Part shown: piece after piece, positions 32,894 through 42,759 of the stretch
Numbering within the stretch: the first letter of the stretch is position 1
How the letters are laid out: every line of letters starts with the position of its first letter
NCBI GenBank assembly: GCA_019456305.1
Contig: VRUD01000001.1
Span: forward strand, 9,717-73,716
Direction of reading: 5' to 3'
Source of the DNA: Cytophagales bacterium
GTDB taxonomy: Bacteria > Bacteroidota > Bacteroidia > Cytophagales > VRUD01
Length of the DNA: 64,000 nucleotides
The notes under the pieces: generated by a model
What the model saw: only the letters and a program-made list of their open reading frames with translations
Told to the model about the DNA's origin: nothing
Database searches by the model: none
Translations under genes and position numbers: made by a program

Positions 32894-34285
32894 TCACAAA
32901 TGTATCACCTCCCCATAAGCCGCTGCTGCAGCTTCCATAATTGCCTCTGACATAGTAGGATGCGGATGCACTGTCTTGATTATTTCATGGCCTGTTGTTT
33001 CCAGCTTACGGGCAGCAACCGCTTCAGCGATCATCTCTGTTACATTGGCACCGATCATGTGTGCACCGAGCCATTCGCCATATTTGGCGTCAAAAATAAC
33101 CTTTATAAAACCTTCTTTTGTGCCGGCAGCGCTTGCTTTTCCGGAGGCTGAAAATGGAAATTTGCCAACTTTTATTTCATAGCCTGCTTCCTTAGCTGCT
33201 TTTTCGGTATAACCTACGGATGCGATTTCCGGCTGGCAATACGTACAATTAGGCAGGTTATTATAGTCTAACGGTTCAGGATCTTTCCCGGCAATTTTTT
33301 CAACGCAGATAATTCCTTCAGCAGACGCTACGTGGGCTAAAGCCGGCCCGTGAACGATGTCCCCGATTGCATATATCCCGGGAATATTGGTTTGATAAAA
33401 ATCATTCACCAATACTTTACCATTATCTGTTGCAACGCCACCTTCGGCTAACCCCAGGTTTTCTAAATTAGAGGTGATACCAACAGCCGAGATCACTATT
33501 TCGGCTTCAATATTTTGTGTACCTTTTTTAGTTTTTATTGAAACCTTGCAATTATTACCTTTCGTATCAATTTTTTCTACAGATGTGCTGGTTAGTACCT
33601 TCAACCCTGATCTTGTAAATAATTTTTCCAGCTCTCTGCAAATATCTTCGTCTTCTACGGGAACTATACGGTCCATGTATTCTACCATGGTAACTTTAGT
33701 TCCGATCGCATGATAAAAATAAGCAAACTCAACACCAATAGCCCCTGCCCCTACTACAACCATGGATTTGGGCTGTTTTTCAAGTATCATTGCTTCGCGG
33801 TATCCTATGATCTTTTTTCCGTCAATTGGTATAGAAGGCAGTTCCTTTGAGCGAGCTCCCGTAGCCAGGATGATGCTTTTGGCTGTTACTTCACTTTTTT
33901 TCCCATTCTTATCGGTAACTTCAATAGTATGATCGTTTTTCAAAGCCCCAGCTCCATTAATATGGTCTATCTTATTCTTTTTAAATAAGAATTGTATTCC
34001 TTTACACATATCACCAGCCGACTGCCGGCTTCTTTTGACCATTGCCTTAATATCAGGCCTAACATCCTTCACCGATATGCCATAATCACTTGCATGTTTC
34101 ATATATTCAAATACCTGGGCGCTTTTTAAAAGCGCTTTGGTAGGGATACAGCCCCAGTTCAGGCAAATACCTCCCAGCTCGGCTCTCTCCACTACGCCTA
34201 CTTTCATTCCTAATTGTGAAGCTCTGATGGCAGCTACGTAACCGCCTGGACCGCTGCCGATTACTAATAAATCGTATTGTGACAT
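32894..34285 (-). CDS. lpdA: Dihydrolipoyl dehydrogenase
   Basis: GSGPGGY FAD motif, redox-active GGICLNWGCIPTK disulfide, and C-terminal HPHPT..E interface motif. Confidence 0.95.
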   Translation of the reverse strand: MSQYDLLVIGSGPGGYVAAIRASQLGMKVGVVERAELGGICLNWGCIPTKALLKSAQVFEYMKHASDYGISVKDVRPDIKAMVKRSRQSAGDMCKGIQFLFKKNKIDHINGAGALKNDHTIEVTDKNGKKSEVTAKSIILATGARSKELPSIPIDGKKIIGYREAMILEKQPKSMVVVGAGAIGVEFAYFYHAIGTKVTMVEYMDRIVPVEDEDICRELEKLFTRSGLKVLTSTSVEKIDTKGNNCKVSIKTKKGTQNIEAEIVISAVGITSNLENLGLAEGGVATDNGKVLVNDFYQTNIPGIYAIGDIVHGPALAHVASAEGIICVEKIAGKDPEPLDYNNLPNCTYCQPEIASVGYTEKAAKEAGYEIKVGKFPFSASGKASAAGTKEGFIKVIFDAKYGEWLGAHMIGANVTEMIAEAVAARKLETTGHEIIKTVHPHPTMSEAIMEAAAAAYGEVIHL

Positions 34286-34339
34286 ATTATTTGTTTTTTT
34301 TTCTAAAATAATCGATTATAATAGAAGTGTCTAACAATA

Positions 34340-34573
34340 TCATTCTGTTCTCCATTTATTAAAATGGTCCCTTGAGTCATTAAAAGCTTTTAATTCTTCC
34401 TCACTCCAGGTTGGCCCTTTCAATAAAAGTTCCGTTAACTCTTGTTTAGAACTTTTTTTTTCTTCTTCTGTGGGTAATATAATTATTTGTACTTTCTTTG
34501 AAGTAAAATTTTTTGGTATTTTAATAACAACTTGTCCATTTTTTACTTCACTGTATTTTGATATTGCTTGCAT
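34340..34573 (-). CDS. Hypothetical 77-aa protein, possibly an orphan AbrB/MazE-like antitoxin
   Basis: The N-terminal GQVVIKIPKNFTSKKVQIIILP resembles a swapped-hairpin beta fold. No partner ORF is present. A CAAATTTA box (rc TAAATTTG) lies at 34603-34610. Confidence 0.35.
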   Translation of the reverse strand: MQAISKYSEVKNGQVVIKIPKNFTSKKVQIIILPTEEEKKSSKQELTELLLKGPTWSEEELKAFNDSRDHFNKWRTE

Positions 34574-34696
34574 TTCAAATAAATTTAGATTGTTTCATGC
34601 TGCAAATTTAATGATTTTCTTTACAGAAAAAATCTTATTTTAAAAAAAATCTGTGTAATCTGTGTAATCTGTGGTTAAACTTACTACTTTTGAATC

Positions 34697-35443
34697 ATGA
34701 ATTTATTAGAAGGTAAAACCACGCTCATCACGGGCGCTTTCAGAGGTATTGGAAGCGCCATAGCCCTTAAATTTGCGGGAGAAGGAGCCAATGTTGCTAT
34801 CTCGGATATTGCACGCGTAGATAATGCAAAACCTTTGGAAAAGGAACTTCTGAAAGCCGGTATCAAGGTAAAATGTTACTCCTCTGACGCATCAGATCTT
34901 AGCGCATCTGAAAAATTAATTGAAAATGTAGTATCGGATTTTGGCTCTCTGGATGTATTGGTCAACAATGCCGGCATCACCAAAGATGGCTTACTGATGA
35001 GAATGACAGAAGAACAATGGGATGCTGTGATCAGTGTAAATTTAAAATCTGTTTTTAATTTGACCAAGGCCGTATTACCCACCCTCATGCGGCAAAGATC
35101 CGGATCAATCATCAATATCTCGTCTGTGGTAGGAATAAGAGGTAATGCAGGGCAGGCGAATTATGCTGCTTCAAAAGCTGGTATTATCGGGTTCACTAAA
35201 TCGGTAGCTTTAGAGCTTGGTTCAAGGAATATCCGCTCAAATGCCATAGCGCCCGGCTTTATAGAAACAGAAATGACAGCGAAACTTGACCAAAAAGTGG
35301 TTGAAGAATGGAGAAAAGCCATCCCTTTAAAGAGAGGAGGCACCCCCGAAGATGTAGCCGATTGTGCTGCTTTTTTGGCTTCTGATTTGAGTAAATACAT
35401 TACCGGGCAGGTTATACAGGTTGATGGTGGAATGTTGACCTAG
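34697..35443 (+). CDS. fabG: 3-oxoacyl-ACP reductase
   Basis: TGAFRGIG cofactor motif, NNAG, and catalytic S...YAASK. 248 aa. Confidence 0.9.
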   Translation: MNLLEGKTTLITGAFRGIGSAIALKFAGEGANVAISDIARVDNAKPLEKELLKAGIKVKCYSSDASDLSASEKLIENVVSDFGSLDVLVNNAGITKDGLLMRMTEEQWDAVISVNLKSVFNLTKAVLPTLMRQRSGSIINISSVVGIRGNAGQANYAASKAGIIGFTKSVALELGSRNIRSNAIAPGFIETEMTAKLDQKVVEEWRKAIPLKRGGTPEDVADCAAFLASDLSKYITGQVIQVDGGMLT

Positions 35444-35460
35444 CGTTATGATTTCCTAAA

Positions 35461-35523
35461 GCGATATAAATATCGCGCTACAAGTAAAACGAAATTTTTT
35501 TGTAGCACGAAATTTATTTCGTG
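35461..35523 (+). terminator. Cluster of three small hairpins after fabG
   Basis: GCGATAT-AAA-TATCGC (35461-35476), CTACAA..TTGTAG (35478-35505) and CACGAAAT-TTAT-TTCGTG (35506-35523). Confidence 0.4.
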
Positions 35524-35571
35524 GAACAGTTATATAATAGTTACAATTTGCCTCAATAAATAATAAATAGA

Positions 35572-36630
35572 ATGAACTCACTGAAAGCATTAGGACTGAT
35601 TTACGCTGTTGTCATCTGGACAATTGTGGTGATATTAATAGGATTTTTGATTTATAGAATTTATAAAGTTTTCCTTAAAAAATCAGACAGAAAACCTATC
35701 GGACAGATTACCGGAAATTGGTATCCCAAAGTCCTAAAAATTCTATTCGGACTTTCAATGTTGCTAACAATTGTATACGCTCCGTTTTATGCTTATGTTG
35801 GCTCAGCATTTAAATTTATTATACCGAACTACCTAAACAACCTGCTTGTAATCATTACTTTCTTGGTTGCCGGTTTGGAATGTTTTCTCACTTTGACCAT
35901 TTCAGAAAAACTTATCCAGAAAATCTACAAAAAAGTCATCCTGACAATTATTGTAATTATTATGCTTCCTCTTTCTGTCTATCTGACAATCTACATACCT
36001 CACATGTTTGCGTATCTTTCAGAAAAGGAGTGCTATCTCGTTGACTTACCAGTAAAAGGCATATGGACAGCAGGACATGCAGGTGGTTCAGAAATTGTAA
36101 ACTATCACTGTGCTGTAAAAGCTCAAATGTATGCAATGGATATTGTTAAAGTAAATAATAATGGACAATTCTTTGAGGGAGAAGGAAAAGATATAACGGA
36201 TTTTTATACGATGGGAGAAAACATATACTCACCGGTATCAGGAATAGTAGTAAGTGTTGTTGATAGTTTACCAAATGCTGGTATTACTTTTATGCCAATG
36301 GACACTTTGAATCCAGCCGGAAACCATGTTGTAATAGAATTTAAAAAAGACAGATATGTTTTCCTTGCACACCTTGACAAAAAATCTGTTAAAGTTAAAG
36401 AAGGTGATCGAGTCAAAGCAGGTAACCTAATCGCACAAGCAGGTAACTCAGGAAATACTTCATGGCCTCATTTACACATGCACATCCAGGACAAATCAAT
36501 AATTGATAACGAAAACGCAATAGGATTTCCATACAGATTTAAAAAAATGGAAAGAAAGCGTTGGTTGACTTGGACGACAGTAACGAATGATTTTTTAGTG
36601 AGAAATGACTTTTTTAAAAATGCTGAATGA
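35572..36630 (+). CDS. Membrane-anchored M23 (LytM-type) peptidase
   Basis: About 5 N-terminal TM segments. The C-terminus has GNHVVIE..FLAHL and GNSGNTSWPHLHMHIQ, which are the M23 HxxxD / HxH-type motifs. Confidence 0.75.
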   Translation: MNSLKALGLIYAVVIWTIVVILIGFLIYRIYKVFLKKSDRKPIGQITGNWYPKVLKILFGLSMLLTIVYAPFYAYVGSAFKFIIPNYLNNLLVIITFLVAGLECFLTLTISEKLIQKIYKKVILTIIVIIMLPLSVYLTIYIPHMFAYLSEKECYLVDLPVKGIWTAGHAGGSEIVNYHCAVKAQMYAMDIVKVNNNGQFFEGEGKDITDFYTMGENIYSPVSGIVVSVVDSLPNAGITFMPMDTLNPAGNHVVIEFKKDRYVFLAHLDKKSVKVKEGDRVKAGNLIAQAGNSGNTSWPHLHMHIQDKSIIDNENAIGFPYRFKKMERKRWLTWTTVTNDFLVRNDFFKNAE

Positions 36631-36676
36631 CAATGAATTACTACTAATCCAAAACACTCACAAACTTTAATAAACC

Positions 36677-38044
36677 ATGATTGACTTAACAACAAACCTC
36701 GCAGGAATAAAATCCCCAAACCCCTTTTGGCTGGCATCTGCGCCACCGACCAATTCCGGATACCAGGTGATGAAAGCATTTGACAAGGGCTGGGGTGGAG
36801 CCGTATGGAAAACGGTAGGCGTACCCATTGTAAATGTCTCCAGCCGTTATGGTGGCGTGAATTACAACGGACAGCGCCTGATCGGGCTAAACAATATTGA
36901 ATTAATAACAGACCGCCCGCTCAAAGATAATTTGAAAGATATGGAAGAAGTAAAAAAGCACTTCCCCGATAATGCCGTTGTTGCTTCCTTAATGGTTGAA
37001 TCAAAAGAAGAATGGCATCAAATAGTAAAAGATGTTGAGAATGCAGGGGCAGATGGAATAGAGCTGAATTTCGGCTGCCCTCATGGCATGTGCGAACGCG
37101 GGATGGGCTCGGCTGTGGGCCAGGAACCTGAAGTGTTGACAACCATCGTATCCTGGGTGAAAGAAGCAGCTACTGTACCTGTAATTGTTAAATTAAGCCC
37201 CAATATTAGTTTCATCACAGACCCTGCTGTTGCTGCCAACAAAGGCGGAGGCGATGCGATCTCATTAGTAAATACTTTTCAGAGTCTTGTTGGCGTTGAC
37301 CTGGATAAATTTGTTCCTTACCCGGTAGTGAATGGGCAAAGTACAAATGGTGGTTATTGCGGTCCCGCAATTAAGCCCATTGCTTTAAATATGGTTAAAA
37401 ATTGCGCCCTGCATCCGGATGTGAGGCTGCCCATCTCCGGGATCGGTGGCATTTCAACCTGGCGGGATGCGGTAGAATTTATGCTTTTAGGCGCTTCTAA
37501 TGTACAGGTTTGCACTGCTGTGATGCATTTTGGTTTTGGAATAATAGATGAACTGATCAGCGGTTTGAAGATATACATGCAGGATAAAGGATTTACCAAA
37601 GTAACCGATCTTGTGGGCAAAGCTTTACCTAATGTATCGGAATGGGGTGACCTGGATCTAAGCTACAAGGTTATTGCTGAAATTAATAAAGATAAATGTA
37701 TTGGCTGCCAGCTTTGTTATATCGCTTGTGAAGACGGGGCACACCAGGCGATTGGATTAGTAGAACAGAATGATGTTCCGTTTAAAAAGGAGGATGGCAG
37801 CGAAGGCATTGGCAGCGACAGGGTTCCTTATATTATTGAAGAGAATTGTGTGGGATGTAATCTGTGCTCATTAGTTTGTCCTGTAGAGGATTGTATCACC
37901 ATGGTTGAAAGAGACACAGGCAAACCATCTGAAACCTGGAACCAACGGATTGAAAAAGGAACCATACCTACTGAATTTAATGATAAGCTTGCAGGGGGGA
38001 TTGGGCATTTTACTCCCAAACCTGCGGATGCGTTGAAAAAGTAA
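36677..38044 (+). CDS. preA: NAD-dependent dihydropyrimidine dehydrogenase subunit PreA-like (DHOD-like TIM barrel + 2x[4Fe-4S])
   Basis: N-terminal L.NPF.LASAP pattern plus two ferredoxin motifs, CIGCQLCYIACEDG and CVGCNLCSLVCPVEDC. No preT lies next to it. Confidence 0.8.
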   Translation: MIDLTTNLAGIKSPNPFWLASAPPTNSGYQVMKAFDKGWGGAVWKTVGVPIVNVSSRYGGVNYNGQRLIGLNNIELITDRPLKDNLKDMEEVKKHFPDNAVVASLMVESKEEWHQIVKDVENAGADGIELNFGCPHGMCERGMGSAVGQEPEVLTTIVSWVKEAATVPVIVKLSPNISFITDPAVAANKGGGDAISLVNTFQSLVGVDLDKFVPYPVVNGQSTNGGYCGPAIKPIALNMVKNCALHPDVRLPISGIGGISTWRDAVEFMLLGASNVQVCTAVMHFGFGIIDELISGLKIYMQDKGFTKVTDLVGKALPNVSEWGDLDLSYKVIAEINKDKCIGCQLCYIACEDGAHQAIGLVEQNDVPFKKEDGSEGIGSDRVPYIIEENCVGCNLCSLVCPVEDCITMVERDTGKPSETWNQRIEKGTIPTEFNDKLAGGIGHFTPKPADALKK

Positions 38045-38052
38045 GAAAAAAA

Positions 38053-38116
38053 TGCCACAAAGACGTACTAGATACACAAAGGTAATTTTACATATTTTGT
38101 GCCTTAGTTAGTGGCA
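38053..38116. repeat. GTGGCA-family hairpin between preA and the ABC operon
   Basis: TGCCACAAAGACGTACTAGATACACAAAGG..loop..TTTTGTGCCTTAGTTAGTGGCA. Confidence 0.7.
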
Positions 38117-38123
38117 AGAAAAA

Positions 38124-39002
38124 ATGGAATTAAAAATCAATAATCTATCAAAAACTTATCCGAATGGTGTAGAGGCGTTAAAAAATGTCTCCTTAACGAT
38201 TCCTACTGGCATGTTTGGTTTACTTGGGCCGAATGGCGCAGGTAAATCAACCTTAATGCGCATCATTGCTACTTTACAGCAAGCAGATACGGGTTCTGTT
38301 TATCTTGATGATCTAAACGTATTGGACCAAAAGGATGAAGTTAGAAAATTATTGGGATATCTACCGCAGGAATTTGGCTTGTACCCAAAAGTAACTGCTG
38401 AAGGTTTGTTGAATCATTTTGCAGTATTAAAAGGTGTTTCTAATCCTAAAGAAAGAAAAGAAGTGATCCATGGTTTACTTCAATTAACCAATTTATATGA
38501 GGTGAGAAAGAAAAATCTGGGAACTTTTTCCGGAGGTATGAAACAACGGTTTGGTATTGCACAAGCACTTTTAGGCGACCCAAAGTTGATCATTGTAGAT
38601 GAACCTACGGCAGGGTTAGACCCTGCTGAGCGCATACGGTTTCATAACCTGCTGAGTGAAATCGGGGAAAATGTCATTGTTATACTTTCTACGCATATTG
38701 TGGATGATGTAAGTGATCTATGCAGCAGCATGGCAATCATTCATCTTGGAGAGGTGCTCTTAACCGGAAGCCCTTTGCAGCTTATGAATGATCTGAAAGG
38801 CAAAGTGTGGGAAAAAGTAATTGAGAAAGATCAGCTAAAAGCGTATAAGGATAAATTTAATGTTATCTCTGCCAGGTTGTTTGCCGGCAAGTCCCTGATC
38901 CATGTGTATAGTGAACAAAAACCGGATAAATCTTTTGAGACGGTACCACCTGAATTGGAAGATGTATATTTTTCTACTATTACAAAAGATATTCATGTTT
39001 AA
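38124..39002 (+). CDS. ABC transporter ATP-binding protein
   Basis: Walker A GPNGAGKST, signature FSGGMKQR, Walker B LIIVDEPTAGLD. Confidence 0.9.
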   Translation: MELKINNLSKTYPNGVEALKNVSLTIPTGMFGLLGPNGAGKSTLMRIIATLQQADTGSVYLDDLNVLDQKDEVRKLLGYLPQEFGLYPKVTAEGLLNHFAVLKGVSNPKERKEVIHGLLQLTNLYEVRKKNLGTFSGGMKQRFGIAQALLGDPKLIIVDEPTAGLDPAERIRFHNLLSEIGENVIVILSTHIVDDVSDLCSSMAIIHLGEVLLTGSPLQLMNDLKGKVWEKVIEKDQLKAYKDKFNVISARLFAGKSLIHVYSEQKPDKSFETVPPELEDVYFSTITKDIHV

Positions 39003-42000
39003 AGAAATTTTCTTTTTTGAACTTAAATACCGCTTCAAGCGCCCTGCCAATTACATATATTTTGGCATTTTCTTTTTGCTGACTTTCCTGGCAGTGAATG
39101 GAATGGCCGGGGGTTTCAAAGGAGTGGTCATCAGTGTTGGCAGCGGAGGCGGAGGGAAAGTACTGGCAAACTCACCATATCAAATTTATCTCCTGATAAC
39201 TCTTCTAAGTTATTTTGGCATTTTGGTGACTTCAGCCATTATGGGCAATCCTGTTTACAGGGATTTTGAACACCAAACGCATTCTTTATTCTATTCAAAA
39301 CCTATTTCTAAATTCGGATATTTAGCGGGCAGGTTTTTGGGTTCATTGGTAATTGCTTTTTTGGTTTTTTTAGGTCTTGGAATAGGGATTTTAACTGCTT
39401 CATGGATGCCGTGGTTAGACCAGGATTATATTGGTCCATTTTATGCAATGGCTTATGTGCAGCCCTATTTAGTTACAGTACTTCCCAACCTGATATTTAC
39501 AGGCGCTATCTTTTTTGCATTAGCCACGCTCACCAGGAATATTCTTTCTACTTATGTTGGAAGTGTTGTTTTCTTAGTCTTGTATTTTATGGGGCTCAGC
39601 CTTCTTTCTGACCTGGAAAATGAAACTATTGCAGCATTATTAGATCCATTTGGAGAAAGCGCTACCGGATTAGCAACAAAATATTGGACAGTAGCTGAAA
39701 AGAATACATTGATCATTCCATTTACCGGGCACTTATTTTTCAACAGAATTATCTGGTTAAGTGCCGGTGTATTGATCTTTGCTTTTGCATATAAAAAATT
39801 CAGCTTCTCTTATTTTATTTCAGAAAAGAGATCTAGGAAAAAATTGAAGCAGCAAACTTTAGAAACTGAAACAATAGATTGGGCAGGGAAATTTTTAATA
39901 CCACGAGCAACCAGGATATTTTCCTTTTCTACAAATTTAGTACAATATATTAAACTTACAGGGCAGGAATTAAAAGGAATTGTAAAGAACGTTTACTTTA
40001 TAGCCATACTATTTGCCGGTGTAGTGCTGATGTTTGTTAATGGAAGCCAGGTTGGAAAGTTTTATGGAACAACTACCTATCCCGTTACCTACCAGGTTAT
40101 TTCAATAATAAGCGGCTCTTTCGGCTTGTTTTTTCTTATTATTATTATCTTTTATGCCGGTGAATTGGTTTGGAGAGAACGTACAACCAAGATCAATCAG
40201 ATTTTTGATGCCCTACCCATCCCTAACTGGGTGCCGTTTAGTTCTAAATTAACTGCTTTGATCCTGCTTCAGGTCGTATTACTCTTAGTAGTAATGCTGT
40301 GTGGTTTAATCATCCAGGTATTTAAGGGGTATTATCATTTTGAGACCGGTCTATATGTAAAATCATTATTCGGATTACAATTTATAGAACTTGCCTTGCT
40401 TTGTGTATTAGCCATGCTGGTCCAGGTAATCGTAAATCATAAATATCTTGGACATTTTATCATGGTTGTATATTTTTTGGTGAGCATTTTTATGGCGCAA
40501 TTTGGTTGGGAACATAAACTATATGATTACGCTGATGATCCGGGATATACCTATTCTGATATGAATGGCTTTGGACATTTTATCTTGCCGATTGGGTGGT
40601 TTAAAATTTACTGGACGGCTTTTGCAGTATCATTAGCGATATTGTCTAACCTTTTCTGGGTACGGGGGTTGGAAACAAGCCTTAAATGGCGGACTCAACT
40701 TGCAAGAAGACAATTTGTTAAGCCCACAAAAATAGCTTTTATCTTAGCTTTATTGGTATTCTTTATTTCCGGTGGTTTTATTTTTTACAATACCAATATC
40801 TTAAATGAATATATGACCAGCAACGAAAGAGAAGAACTAAGTGTAGAATATGAAAAGCGATATAAAAAGTTTGAAAATTCACCACAACCGCGTATAACAG
40901 ATGTAAATGTCAACGTAGATATCTACCCACTTAGCAGAGATGTTGCATTTAAAGGACATTATATTTTAAAAAATAAAACCAACGAGGCTATTGATTCTAT
41001 CCATATTGATATAAATCGCAACATAACTATTAATGATATGTCTTTTGACAGGAATCATAAAATGGTTTTGGAAGATGAGAAGATAGGGTACTACATAGTT
41101 GAATTATCAAAACCATTATTGCCGGGTGAAAATGTAGTGCTTCAATTTGATTTAGCTTTCACTACGAAAGGGTTCAAAAATAGCGGCTCCAATACAAGTA
41201 TCGTTGAAAACGGGACATTTTTACATAGTAACAGCTATTTACCCGCTATTGGCTACAACGAAGGCGGAGAATTAAGTGATGATGATACCCGTAAAAAACA
41301 TGGCCTGAAACCTAAAGAACGTATGGCTTTAGTAAATGACAGCAATGCAAGGTTGAATAATTATATCTCACATGATGCTGATTGGATTACTTTTGAAGCT
41401 ACTATAAGTACCAGCCCGGATCAGATTGCTATAGCGCCTGGTTATTTACAACGTGAATGGACAGAGGGTAACAGAAGATACTTTCATTATAAAATGGACT
41501 GTAAAATTTTGAATTTTTATTCTTTCCTATCTGCAAGGTATGAAGTTATAAGAGATAGCTACGGCCCTACCAGCCCCCCTAACAGCCCCCCTAAATCCCC
41601 CCAAAGGGGGGCTGTTAGGGGGGCTATTGAAATTTATTACCATAAAGGACATGAATACAACCTGGATGCTATGGTAAAAGCTATTAAAAGATCTTTGGAT
41701 TATTATACAGAAAATTTCTCACCCTACCAGCATAAGCAAGTCAGGATACTGGAATTTCCCCGCTATGCTTCATTTGCACAATCATTTCCTAATACCATTC
41801 CTTATTCAGAAGCAATAGGTTTTATTGCACAGGTAGATGAGGATGATGAAGATGATATTGATTATCCCTTTTATGTTACAGCCCATGAAGTAGCGCACCA
41901 ATGGTGGGCTCACCAGGTGATAGGAGGGAATGTACAAGGCGCTACGGTGATGTCTGAAACCATGTCTCAATATTCAGCCTTGATGGTGATGGAAAAAGAG

Positions 42001-42732
42001 TTTGGAAAGGAAAAAATGAAGAAATTTCTTAAATATGAATTGGACAGATATTTAAGAGGTAGAAGTTTTGAACGAAAAAAGGAACTGCCGTTGATATTGG
42101 TAGAAGGACAGGGATATATTCATTATCAGAAAGGTGGGTTGGTAATGTACGCATTGCGTGATTACATAGGAGAGGATTCATTAAATGAAGCGTTAAGAAA
42201 ATATATCAAAGCAGTAGCTTATCAACAACCCCCATATACCAATTCACTGGAATTTTTAAGCTATATCAAATCAGCTACCCCCGATTCTCTGCAATATATA
42301 ATAAAGGATATGTTTGAAACGATTACCTTGTATGAAAACAAAACCAATGAAGCTGTACTTAAAAAACGCCCGGATGGTAAGTATGCTGTTAAGATTAAGG
42401 TAGCGTCTAAAAAGTTACGGGCTGACAGTTTGGGAAATGAAAAAGAGATCCCTGTTAACGACTGGATAGATATTGGGATATTTGGTAAATCCGAATTGAA
42501 AGCAGAGACGCCCAATTTGGACGTCTCTGCTTTCAATTCGGAAAAAAACTCTAATTCGGATAAATCCTCTATTGGTAAGCCTTTGTACCTGAAAAAACAT
42601 AAAATTAACCAGCCGGAAATGGAATTTGAAATTATTGTAGACGAGCTTCCCTGGAAAGCCGGCATAGATCCCTATAATAAATTAATTGACCGTGATTCGG
42701 GAGATAATGTAAAGAAGGTAGGGGCTGGTTGA
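38995..42732 (+). CDS. ABC-2-type permease fused to an M1-family zinc aminopeptidase domain
   Basis: The ATG at 38995 overlaps the ATPase stop (ATGTTTAA). About 12 TM segments run to roughly 40800. Then comes a peptidase domain with HEVAHQWW...E zinc site. Two hairpin insertions are carried in frame. Confidence 0.8.
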   Translation: MFKEIFFFELKYRFKRPANYIYFGIFFLLTFLAVNGMAGGFKGVVISVGSGGGGKVLANSPYQIYLLITLLSYFGILVTSAIMGNPVYRDFEHQTHSLFYSKPISKFGYLAGRFLGSLVIAFLVFLGLGIGILTASWMPWLDQDYIGPFYAMAYVQPYLVTVLPNLIFTGAIFFALATLTRNILSTYVGSVVFLVLYFMGLSLLSDLENETIAALLDPFGESATGLATKYWTVAEKNTLIIPFTGHLFFNRIIWLSAGVLIFAFAYKKFSFSYFISEKRSRKKLKQQTLETETIDWAGKFLIPRATRIFSFSTNLVQYIKLTGQELKGIVKNVYFIAILFAGVVLMFVNGSQVGKFYGTTTYPVTYQVISIISGSFGLFFLIIIIFYAGELVWRERTTKINQIFDALPIPNWVPFSSKLTALILLQVVLLLVVMLCGLIIQVFKGYYHFETGLYVKSLFGLQFIELALLCVLAMLVQVIVNHKYLGHFIMVVYFLVSIFMAQFGWEHKLYDYADDPGYTYSDMNGFGHFILPIGWFKIYWTAFAVSLAILSNLFWVRGLETSLKWRTQLARRQFVKPTKIAFILALLVFFISGGFIFYNTNILNEYMTSNEREELSVEYEKRYKKFENSPQPRITDVNVNVDIYPLSRDVAFKGHYILKNKTNEAIDSIHIDINRNITINDMSFDRNHKMVLEDEKIGYYIVELSKPLLPGENVVLQFDLAFTTKGFKNSGSNTSIVENGTFLHSNSYLPAIGYNEGGELSDDDTRKKHGLKPKERMALVNDSNARLNNYISHDADWITFEATISTSPDQIAIAPGYLQREWTEGNRRYFHYKMDCKILNFYSFLSARYEVIRDSYGPTSPPNSPPKSPQRGAVRGAIEIYYHKGHEYNLDAMVKAIKRSLDYYTENFSPYQHKQVRILEFPRYASFAQSFPNTIPYSEAIGFIAQVDEDDEDDIDYPFYVTAHEVAHQWWAHQVIGGNVQGATVMSETMSQYSALMVMEKEFGKEKMKKFLKYELDRYLRGRSFERKKELPLILVEGQGYIHYQKGGLVMYALRDYIGEDSLNEALRKYIKAVAYQQPPYTNSLEFLSYIKSATPDSLQYIIKDMFETITLYENKTNEAVLKKRPDGKYAVKIKVASKKLRADSLGNEKEIPVNDWIDIGIFGKSELKAETPNLDVSAFNSEKNSNSDKSSIGKPLYLKKHKINQPEMEFEIIVDELPWKAGIDPYNKLIDRDSGDNVKKVGAG
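41572..41625. repeat. 54-bp hairpin in frame in the M1 domain
   Basis: AGCCCCCCTAACAGCCCCCC (41572-41591) is the perfect reverse complement of GGGGGGCTGTTAGGGGGGCT (41606-41625). It encodes ..SPPNSPPKSPQRGAVRGA.. Confidence 0.9.
42491..42541. repeat. 51-bp hairpin (AGACG-CCCAATTTGG-CGTCT core family) in frame in the M1 domain
   Basis: CCGAATTGAAAGCAGAGACG (42491-42510) is the perfect reverse complement of 42522-42541, with loop CCCAATTTGGA. It encodes SELKAETPNLDVSAFNS. Confidence 0.9.
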
Positions 42733-42759
42733 TCTGTTTAGAAATTAATAATGATAATT

